From: Candidatus Micrarchaeota archaeon
Lineage (GTDB): Archaea > Micrarchaeota > Micrarchaeia > Micrarchaeales > Micrarchaeaceae
Length of the DNA: 16,633 nucleotides
NCBI GenBank assembly: GCA_027345565.1
Contig: DAHWIF010000012.1
Coordinates: 1-16,633 of the forward strand
Direction: 5' to 3'
A program made the translations under genes and the position numbers. Of the stretch, positions 1 to 7,240 are shown piece by piece. Position 1 is the stretch's first letter. Every line of letters starts with the position of its first letter. The notes beneath the pieces were generated by a model. It was given only the letters and a program-made list of their open reading frames with translations. It was not told the DNA's origin and ran no database searches.

Positions 1-2
1 TC

Positions 3-212
3 AAGGCGGACCACTTCTCTAAGAACTTCATAGCAGAGAAGCTGAAGAAGGACCTGGACGAGAGCATAAAGAGGATAAGGGAGAAGCCGATAAAGCCGAA
101 GAAGGAGGCGCAGATGGAAGGCTTCCAGAGGCGGGGCTTCCAGCGGAGGATGGGAAGAAACAATACCGCAGGCAAACGCGGATGGAGGCAGAATTTCAGG
201 AGGAGCCCTTGA
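3..212 (+). CDS. nop5: C-terminal fragment of box C/D RNP scaffold protein Nop5 (Nop56/58), 5' part outside window
   Basis: Frame 3 reads KADHFSKNFIAEKLKKDLDESIKRIREKPIKPKKE..., matching the archaeal Nop5 C-terminus pattern (D-Y/H-F-S..IAE.LK..L...I..I.EK.P.P.K) followed by a basic R/G-rich tail. TGA at 210-212. Confidence 0.75.
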   Translation, partial: KADHFSKNFIAEKLKKDLDESIKRIREKPIKPKKEAQMEGFQRRGFQRRMGRNNTAGKRGWRQNFRRSP

Positions 213-304
213 TTCATCGCATGATTATGCCAGGAGCCAGGATTGCACCAATAACCTCTTAGAAAAGCCGGTTGACAACTTTTGAAAGAAAGTAAAATTC
301 AAAA

Positions 305-320
305 CAGAAAGTATTTAAAT
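305..320 (+). promoter_or_regulatory. BRE/TATA-like promoter of the radical SAM (Tes-like) operon
   Basis: Purine-rich CAGAAAG followed by TATTTAAAT (312-320), about 40 nt upstream of ATG 362. SD GGTGG at 351-355. Confidence 0.55.
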
Positions 321-361
321 GCTTTTGATTCGCCTTAGATGCGATAATAAGGTGGAATTGC

Positions 362-2323
362 ATGCCAAATCAAGGTAATCCAGGTGCGCCTAAGCCGGAA
401 GTACAGGTGCAGGTAGAGCAGAACATAGTCAACAACATCAACAACGTCAGGCCAAGCGTGCAGGCGCCTACGCAGAAGGAGATATCGGATCCTGTTCTTG
501 CGGTTTACCACAGGTCTATGGAAGAGATAGAGAAGATGCCTGTGATAGAGAAGACTATGACGGTGTGCCCGGAATGCAAGCTCATCATCAACGGGATAAT
601 CTACAAGGACGGAGACAACGTCATGATAAGGAAGCACTGCCCAGAGCACCAGTGGACAATAGAGAAGTACTGGGAAGACTATGACATGTACATGAAGATG
701 AAGCGTTACAATTACTACGGCAGGGGCTTCGACAACCCGAATTACATAAGCGATACTAAAGGCGCGAACTGCCCATTCGATTGCGGGATGTGCGAGAGGC
801 ACAAGTCCCACACCGGCCTTGCCAATGTTGTGGTGACAAACAGGTGCCACCTCTCTTGCTGGTACTGCTTCTTCTACGCCAAGGAGGGGGAGGCGATCTA
901 CGAGCCAAGCCTCGCTGAGCTTGACAAGATATTCAGGAACCTGAGGGCGCAGAAGCCTATACCTGCAAATGCTATACAGATAACGGGCGGCGAGCCAACG
1001 ATGGCCCCTGATATAATAGGGATAATCCAGAAGGCCAAGGAGGCTGGCTTCGACCAGATACAGCTCAATACAACTGGAATAAACCTTGGCCTGAACCCAG
1101 ACCTCGCTGTAAAGCTGAGGCACGCAGGGGTTAGCACGCTTTACATGAGCTTCGACGGCGTTAGCCCGAAAGCCAACCCGAAGAACCACTGGGAGACGCC
1201 GCTGGCGCTCAAGGCAGCGAGGCGCGCAGGCATAGGCGTGGTGCTTGTGCCCACAGTGATAAGGACAATAAACGATCATGAGCTCGGAGCGATGATAAAC
1301 TTCGCGCTGAACAACTCGGATATCGTCAAGGCGATAAACTTCCAGCCGGTCTCGCTTGTCGGCAGGATGCCATCTAGGCTTAGGGAGAAACAGAGGATTA
1401 CGATCCCTGGGGCTATCAAGCTCATAGAGGAGCAGACGAACGGCGTAATAGGCAAGGATGCGTGGTTCTCTGTGCCGTATGTCGGTGGCATAAACAAGTT
1501 CATAGAGGCGCTTACCGGAGAATACAAATACGACCTCTCGATACACTTCGCTTGCGGTGCGGGCAGCTACCTGTTCATAGACACGGACAATAAGATAGTG
1601 CCGCTGACAAAGTTCGTTGACGCGCAGGGGCTTCTGGAGCACCTGCAGAGGGCTGTTGACGAGATGCAGGGGAAATCGAAGACGACAAGGAAGCTCATAG
1701 CCGTGAAGGCGCTGCTGGGCCTGAACAGATACATAGACAAGCAGTACCAGCCAAAGTCGGTTAACTTCTCCAAGCTTCTCCTCTCTATACTCATGAAGCA
1801 CGACTTCGCTTCGATGGGCAAGCTGCAGATGAAGAGCATGTTCATAGGCATGATGCACTTCCAGGACGAGTACACATACGACATACACAGGGTCGAGAAG
1901 TGCGACATACACTACGCACAGCCGAACGGCGAGGTGATGCCGTTCTGCTCGTTCAACGTTTTCCCAGAGATGTACCGCGACAAGGTCCAAAGGCAGTACA
2001 GCATGCCTGCCTTGGAGTGGGAGAAGACCCATCCCAACTGGGCATACGCCAAAGACAAGTACACCAGGAACATAAAGGAGCTGGAGGCGAGCGAGGAGTA
2101 CATAAACACGTACGGTAAGCTTATCGACTACTTCGCGCTGCCTGTGAACGGCAGCGTGGGTGTGGCTAACTTCGCGACCGCAAGGCCGAAGGTGGCGCAG
2201 CAGGTCGTAGTCCAGAATGCGGCTGGCAAGACATCTGAGGTGCCGGAGGGCATGGATACCAAGGACTCTGGCGATTCGTGCGGCTGCGGAGGCGGAGGCA
2301 GCTGCGGATGCGGCGACTGCTGA
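362..2323 (+). CDS. tes: Radical SAM protein of the tetraether lipid synthase (Tes / GDGT-MAS, MJ0619-like) family, 653 aa
   Basis: Rubredoxin-like CPEC...CPEH, auxiliary-cluster motif CPFDCGMC, radical SAM CHLSCWYC, GGEPT, NFQPVS.VGR, H..CG and the C-terminal MHF.D.Y.YD..RV..CDIHY..P.G...PFC.FN block. Long N- and C-terminal extensions. Confidence 0.8.
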   Translation: MPNQGNPGAPKPEVQVQVEQNIVNNINNVRPSVQAPTQKEISDPVLAVYHRSMEEIEKMPVIEKTMTVCPECKLIINGIIYKDGDNVMIRKHCPEHQWTIEKYWEDYDMYMKMKRYNYYGRGFDNPNYISDTKGANCPFDCGMCERHKSHTGLANVVVTNRCHLSCWYCFFYAKEGEAIYEPSLAELDKIFRNLRAQKPIPANAIQITGGEPTMAPDIIGIIQKAKEAGFDQIQLNTTGINLGLNPDLAVKLRHAGVSTLYMSFDGVSPKANPKNHWETPLALKAARRAGIGVVLVPTVIRTINDHELGAMINFALNNSDIVKAINFQPVSLVGRMPSRLREKQRITIPGAIKLIEEQTNGVIGKDAWFSVPYVGGINKFIEALTGEYKYDLSIHFACGAGSYLFIDTDNKIVPLTKFVDAQGLLEHLQRAVDEMQGKSKTTRKLIAVKALLGLNRYIDKQYQPKSVNFSKLLLSILMKHDFASMGKLQMKSMFIGMMHFQDEYTYDIHRVEKCDIHYAQPNGEVMPFCSFNVFPEMYRDKVQRQYSMPALEWEKTHPNWAYAKDKYTRNIKELEASEEYINTYGKLIDYFALPVNGSVGVANFATARPKVAQQVVVQNAAGKTSEVPEGMDTKDSGDSCGCGGGGSCGCGDC

Positions 2324-2343
2324 CCTAAGCAAGGGTCTTTGCA

Positions 2344-3045
2344 ATGGATAGACGCGACATACCATCTATAAGCAAGTACAAGGAGGACCTGGAGCGGGAG
2401 CGCCAGATGGGTGGTGTTGAGGACGACTATATTACCGACGAGCAGGGCAACAGGTACAGGATGCCGTACAGGATGATCAAGGAGGTCGTTTTCTCCGGGC
2501 TCAGCCAGAAGGAGATGATCGATCCCCAGCACGCAGCAAGGCTGCAGTATAGGCTCTCCATAATGGACCCAATAATAAAATGCTCGGTGAACTTCGCGAA
2601 AGCAAGGATAACGGTCATCTACAATCCGAAAGGCGCAAGGAACAGGCGCGAGCAGATAAGCCAGCAGGAGCTGACCGATGTGCTTGCGAAGGAGGGCGTG
2701 CATGTCGATGTCGCAAAGATATCTGAGCGCGATTACGATTACGTGAAGGAGTTCTATTCATACGCTTATTTCTCCCCGAAGATCAGGGAGCACCCTCCTT
2801 ACGGATACACGAAGGAGGAATGGGAGAAGATGAAGGGGAGCTGGGACGAGAAGATGCAGAAGATGTCTGAGGAGAAGCTGGCGCAGTTCCACGAATGGCA
2901 GAAGGAGTACGAGGCGAGCATGGCGGCGCGGGATAACGCGGCGCCTGAACGGAAGCTGACGCTAAAGGACAAGATACTCGGCAGGAAGAAGGGCCCTGCT
3001 GCAAAGAAGGGCGGCGAGAAGGGGTTCTGGTTCCATGGAGTATGA
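2344..3045 (+). CDS. Hypothetical protein with a central HMA/ferredoxin-like domain (non-canonical MxDxxH), charged helical region and basic/aromatic C-terminus
   Basis: 233-aa ORF 20 nt after tes with host-like codon usage. Segment MIDPQHAARLQYRLSIMDPIIKCSVNFAKARITVIYNP...ISQQELTDVLAKEGV follows the HMA pattern (M.C..C...I...L....GV....VN.......V.Y.P.......I...I...GY). An alternative start at 2407 is possible. Confidence 0.75.
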   Translation: MDRRDIPSISKYKEDLERERQMGGVEDDYITDEQGNRYRMPYRMIKEVVFSGLSQKEMIDPQHAARLQYRLSIMDPIIKCSVNFAKARITVIYNPKGARNRREQISQQELTDVLAKEGVHVDVAKISERDYDYVKEFYSYAYFSPKIREHPPYGYTKEEWEKMKGSWDEKMQKMSEEKLAQFHEWQKEYEASMAARDNAAPERKLTLKDKILGRKKGPAAKKGGEKGFWFHGV

Positions 3046-3054
3046 ATTGATTGC

Positions 3055-3222
3055 ATGAAAACAAAGGAAAAGCATTCGGAATCAGACAGCTTGCAGGTGC
3101 GGACGGGGGAGCTGGAGCTGCCGAACGGGCTTAGGCTTCGTGTATTACTGCACGGCGTGCCTACAGAGCGGGACATTGAATTGATAAGTAAATACTTTAA
3201 GAGGACCAAACCAGGGGATTGA
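3055..3222 (+). CDS. Small hypothetical protein, 55 aa (MKTKEKHSESDSLQVRTGELELPNGLRLRVLLHGVPTERDIELISKYFKRTKPGD)
   Basis: Below the ORF-track length cutoff. ATG 9 nt after the previous stop and TGA 4 nt before the convergent pheT stop, so it fills the gap exactly. Plausible beta-hairpin plus helix pattern. Confidence 0.55.
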   Translation: MKTKEKHSESDSLQVRTGELELPNGLRLRVLLHGVPTERDIELISKYFKRTKPGD

Positions 3223-3226
3223 GACG

Positions 3227-4867
3227 TCAAAGGTCGTTTATCGATACCTCTGCTGCGACCACGGGCTCCTCTATGCGGAAGTTGCTTATCACTTCCGGAT
3301 GCACTTCGCCGAAAAGCGCGACCTGGCGCCCTTTTGAGACCGCTCTTGCGCACCTGCCATGCATGAACGCAGGGTCATCGTGCTTCTCTATCTTGTAATC
3401 CGCGCTGAGATGCTTTAATAGTGCATCGACAACGCTCTTGATCTCTGCGAAGTTGGCCTTCGGATGCACGCTAACCGCAGCGACCTGATTCCTTTCTAAC
3501 GGCTTGCCGGCTATGACGCTGAAGGTTTTGCCCACCTCAAAAAGCCTTTGCGGCATCGTGGCCTTCGCGGAAGCCGCTATGTTCTGGAGCAGGCCAGGCA
3601 GCAGCGATTGCCTGAGCATGGTTATCGAAGATGTCTTCGAGTCGGATATGCTTACGTAGCTCTGCTTCAGCGGCTTCCGGCCCGTCTTGGCGAAGCTCAC
3701 CTCCTCGCTGGTAAGCACGCTGTTTATCGCTTCGGTGTAGCCCAGACCAACCATCGTCAATGCGATCCTGTTGTCGCTGTCGACAGAGCCATTCGACATT
3801 CCCGAGGCCACCCCGGATATCGCGATTGGCGCTATGTTGTTGTATCCGTAGGCTATTGCTATGTCCTCGATTATGTCCTGCTCATTGAGCACATCTATTC
3901 TGTACGGCGGTACGTAGAACAGCACGCTGGAACCGTACTTGGCGGCAGTATGCCCCATCCTGTTCGCTAGCGATATGATGTTGTGCCTGCCTGTTGTTAC
4001 GCCCAGCGTCTTGTCTGCCTTGGACATGCTGAGCTTCATCTCGCGGTATTCGAGCGCTGGAGTCGCCCTCTTCACTTTCCCGTATGCAATCTCTACAGGG
4101 TACACCTCAGCGCCTGAGTCGATGAATGAGCATGCGATCACCGCCGCGGCGTTGCCCAAAGCGATCTCGGATGTGCTCGTTATGTCTATGAATAGCTTTT
4201 TCGTGCTCTCCGTGACTTTCGTCTCCTCGCAGTTCGTCACAGGTATCAGCGCGATCGTCTTTGAGCTATCCTTAAGCAACGGGTATAGGTAGCCTCTCCC
4301 GAACGTCGGGACCGCGTCCTGATATGTTATGCCCTTTGCGTTCTCCTTCATCAGCTTGTCGAAACCCAGCGGCTTGCCAGATCCCAGAGGCGTTATGCTG
4401 CCCGATTCTGCAGCGGTATATGTGATGCTGCCGTCTATCGCAGCGAGGTTGTGGATTCCGATGGCGAGCTTCCTCCTCCTCCTCCCGTACGTGTCGGAGA
4501 ACTTTTCGGTGAAATTTATCAGGTACTTGAGCCTCTCGCCTGTAAGGTCTGCATTCTTTACCACAATGCCTGCGATGTATGGGCGGATCCTTTTCACTGG
4601 GGCCTGCACCGCTATCGTCATCGCCGGCGTATTGCTTATCCTGTAGCGCCCGTCATGCGGCCTTTCCTTCCCTGTAAAGTTCGATATCGCCCTGCGCATG
4701 CCGGTGAAGTCCAGCAGGTCCGGCCTGTTCGGGTCCACGTTCACCCGTATCTCCTGCTTCGTCGCTTCCTCTACCTCTATGCCCATGTCGGTCATAACAT
4801 CGACAAGCTCGCGCTTACCGGCGTTTGCGGCCTGCAGCTCCTTTACATCGAACGCGATTATTGCCAA
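3227..4867 (-). CDS. pheT: Phenylalanine--tRNA ligase beta subunit (archaeal type)
   Basis: NRPDLL, GRRRRKLAIGIH, PPYRIDV...DIIEDIAIAYGYNN, LRQSLLPGLL, RLFEVG and FGEVHPEV motifs. TTG start with GGTG SD. Confidence 0.95.
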   Translation of the reverse strand: MAIIAFDVKELQAANAGKRELVDVMTDMGIEVEEATKQEIRVNVDPNRPDLLDFTGMRRAISNFTGKERPHDGRYRISNTPAMTIAVQAPVKRIRPYIAGIVVKNADLTGERLKYLINFTEKFSDTYGRRRRKLAIGIHNLAAIDGSITYTAAESGSITPLGSGKPLGFDKLMKENAKGITYQDAVPTFGRGYLYPLLKDSSKTIALIPVTNCEETKVTESTKKLFIDITSTSEIALGNAAAVIACSFIDSGAEVYPVEIAYGKVKRATPALEYREMKLSMSKADKTLGVTTGRHNIISLANRMGHTAAKYGSSVLFYVPPYRIDVLNEQDIIEDIAIAYGYNNIAPIAISGVASGMSNGSVDSDNRIALTMVGLGYTEAINSVLTSEEVSFAKTGRKPLKQSYVSISDSKTSSITMLRQSLLPGLLQNIAASAKATMPQRLFEVGKTFSVIAGKPLERNQVAAVSVHPKANFAEIKSVVDALLKHLSADYKIEKHDDPAFMHGRCARAVSKGRQVALFGEVHPEVISNFRIEEPVVAAEVSINDL

Positions 4868-4870
4868 TAC

Positions 4871-6343
4871 TCACACCTTTATGCGGCCTCTCGACCTGAG
4901 CCAGGCGATGTCGTTCTTGTACAGCTCTGGCAGGGTGCCCACGCCGAATATCTTCTCATTGAGCAGCAGCCTGTCGACTCCGCCTCCCCACGCCAGCACG
5001 GTTTTGTTCAGCCCCATCGCCCTCGTTATCTCTTTGCGGATTATGCCGCCACCGCACAGCTCTATTATGTCGTTGCGTTCCTTGTCATAGTAGAAGAACC
5101 CGAGGCTAGGCTCTGTGAAAGGGAAGTATGATGGCGCTAGCTTGACGTCATCTAGCCCAAGCCGCGAGTAGAAGCTCTTCAGCGTGTGTATCAGGTTTGC
5201 CAGTGTAAGGTCGTCCCCGACTATTATGCCATCGTATTGGCGAAGCTCTGCGAGGTGCTTGTAATCAGTAGCCTCGTTCCTGAAGACCGGTCCTATCGAG
5301 AACATTTTCGTGGGATAGCCCGATTCGGCCGCTTTGGCCAGCCTCTTCATGTACCTGGCTGAGACGCTTGTGGTGTGGGTCCTCAGCACTGCGCTCTTTG
5401 CAAGCTGCTCGCTCCAGCTCTCCTTCCAGCCCTCGATGTGCATCTTCTTGACCCTGCCCATGAGCGCTATGTCATCTATGCTCAGCTGCTTCGGATTTGA
5501 GAGGTAGAAGGTATCCTGCATCTCCCTAGTAGGGTGGTCCTGCGGAGAGAAGAGGGCGTCGAAATTCCAGAATGCGCTCTCTATTATTGGCCCCTCGACC
5601 TCTATGAAACCCATCTCGAACCATTTCTGCCTTATCGTGTTTGTGAACTCCCGCACTGGATGCAGCCTTGCCGGATATGACGGTTCGGTCGGGGCGTTTA
5701 CGTCATATTCCCTGAATTTCTGGCTCTTCCACGACCCGCTACTTATCATCTCCCTTGTCAGTTCCCCCTGGCCTGCCACTACCGATGCGCCAGCATTCAT
5801 GCCTATGCCGGCCTTAGTGAGCGCTGCATCTGTTATGGCGGTGGTCTCCTTAACCTCTATGAGATTGCGCTTTACAAGTGCAGCCCACGCATCCTTAGCC
5901 TTCGCCATGACGCTTGCCGGGTCATCGCCCCTTATCAGGCTGGAGAGCGCCGTCCGCTGGGCGTAACCGGCGCCGGATGCTGCGCCCTTCCCCTTTTCTG
6001 TGAGCATGACGATGCCTCCATCAACCCTTATCCACCCGTTCCTCTTCGCCCATCCAAGCGCTATCTGGTCATTTATGTTCGATACGCGCATGCGCCCCGC
6101 CGAGATTATTCTTTTCGCCAGCGCCTCCTCTGGAAATTCGTTTCGGTATCCAGACCCTTCCTTTGTTACCTTAGCTTCGATGGTCCTCTCCCGTTTTACC
6201 TCCACGGCGCCCTTCTCGTCCAGAGATTCTAGCGCCCAAGCCAGCTTGTCTCTGCCCATTCCGGTCCCACGTTCCATCTCCTCCATGGATGCGCGGCCTC
6301 TCTTTGCGAGAAAATCAAGCAGCTTGGCCTCATACTCATGCAA
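4871..6343 (-). CDS. pheS: Phenylalanine--tRNA ligase alpha subunit (archaeal type, N-terminal winged-helix domains)
   Basis: FWNFDALFSPQDHPTREMQDTFY, LRTHTT, motif 2 FRNE, YFPFTEPS, motif 3 AWG.G.DRL. TTG start. Confidence 0.96.
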   Translation of the reverse strand: MHEYEAKLLDFLAKRGRASMEEMERGTGMGRDKLAWALESLDEKGAVEVKRERTIEAKVTKEGSGYRNEFPEEALAKRIISAGRMRVSNINDQIALGWAKRNGWIRVDGGIVMLTEKGKGAASGAGYAQRTALSSLIRGDDPASVMAKAKDAWAALVKRNLIEVKETTAITDAALTKAGIGMNAGASVVAGQGELTREMISSGSWKSQKFREYDVNAPTEPSYPARLHPVREFTNTIRQKWFEMGFIEVEGPIIESAFWNFDALFSPQDHPTREMQDTFYLSNPKQLSIDDIALMGRVKKMHIEGWKESWSEQLAKSAVLRTHTTSVSARYMKRLAKAAESGYPTKMFSIGPVFRNEATDYKHLAELRQYDGIIVGDDLTLANLIHTLKSFYSRLGLDDVKLAPSYFPFTEPSLGFFYYDKERNDIIELCGGGIIRKEITRAMGLNKTVLAWGGGVDRLLLNEKIFGVGTLPELYKNDIAWLRSRGRIKV

Positions 6344-6347
6344 TGGA

Positions 6348-7115
6348 TCACTTCTCTATCTTGAGATAGGTATAGAGGATGAAGAAAAGCACTATCAGGA
6401 TTATTATCACGTAGGTGAAGAAGCCGAAGAAATTATATGCCGCTGTGAAGAAGCTCGACACCTCGCCCTCTATTGTCTGGTGCGTGGTATATACGAGCAG
6501 GAACTTCGATAGCGGCTCCTGCGAGAACCACGACATCATCGTTACATTCATGAAGTTGTTCGCCAGCAGGTTTGGCGGCGAATCCGGCAATGGGTAAATG
6601 CTCTTTATCCCTGCATCATTAGGCAGCACTATGGTGAGGGTATAGTTGGCTGGGAGCACCTCTCCACTGACCCCGTGGGCGAAATTGAACACGTCGTCGT
6701 TGAACGTATGCTGGAAAACTCTCGGCGCTATCTCATCGACGCTAGTAACGTTGCGCACGCCATACGATATGAGCACGTCGGCTTCCTGCTGCCCGGTTAT
6801 AGAGGTGGTGATAGGCCCTGGGAACAGCTCGAAGCCGTATACGCCGGTTTTCGGATTGATTATGTGCTGCGTGAGCGTAGGCCCTATTATATCCTGCCAG
6901 TTGCTGAGAGTAAGGTTCAGCGCAGACCTGGCTGACTGGTATTGGCTTATGGATGCGTTTGTGATTACCACCGTGTAGGTCTCCCTAACGGACGCGCTTG
7001 TGTTGACATTCAGTGTAACCTGCGTGGTTACGTGGGTGACAGTGTACGATGCACCTGAGATCTGCACGGCAAAGAGCGCGAGCAGCGCAGCGATTAGAGC
7101 GAGATGGCGCATCAA
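6348..7115 (-). CDS. Secreted, C-terminally membrane-anchored protein (probable surface glycoprotein)
   Basis: N-terminal signal peptide MRHLALIAALLALFAVQISGA, beta-rich ectodomain with six N-x-S/T sequons, C-terminal TM helix FTYVIIILIVLFFILYTYL followed by KIEK. SD GGTGA. Start is TTG 7115 or ATG 7112. Confidence 0.8.
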   Translation of the reverse strand: MMRHLALIAALLALFAVQISGASYTVTHVTTQVTLNVNTSASVRETYTVVITNASISQYQSARSALNLTLSNWQDIIGPTLTQHIINPKTGVYGFELFPGPITTSITGQQEADVLISYGVRNVTSVDEIAPRVFQHTFNDDVFNFAHGVSGEVLPANYTLTIVLPNDAGIKSIYPLPDSPPNLLANNFMNVTMMSWFSQEPLSKFLLVYTTHQTIEGEVSSFFTAAYNFFGFFTYVIIILIVLFFILYTYLKIEK

Positions 7116-7141
7116 GCGTTCACCTGTCTTATTCTCTGAAG

Positions 7142-7212
7142 AAGGTATTTAAACCCTATGTGAATAGATTTTGCGACGATGGAAAGCACCCGCCAAATGT
7201 ATTAAATACCTT
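7142..7212. promoter_or_regulatory. Back-to-back divergent TATA promoters forming an 11-bp inverted repeat
   Basis: AAGGTATTTAA (7142-7152) and TTAAATACCTT (7202-7212) are exact reverse complements. Each reads TTAAATACCTT toward its gene, about 30 nt from the start codon. Confidence 0.6.
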
Positions 7213-7240
7213 TAGAACAGAAGGAATCTTACGTGATTCT

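Noticed and set aside
213-270. Possible box C/D sRNA downstream of nop5 (ATGATTA resembles a C box)
   Set aside because: No CTGA D or D' box at a suitable distance and no terminal stem.
335-2365. 676-aa antisense ORF opposite the radical SAM gene
   Set aside because: Shadow frame produced by the codon bias of the sense gene. It has L/V/R/H-rich composition and no motifs.
7049-7240. Extended N-terminus of the SecB-like ORF as given in the ORF track
   Set aside because: It overlaps the opposite-strand gene and spans both promoters. ATG 7241 fits the TATA position.
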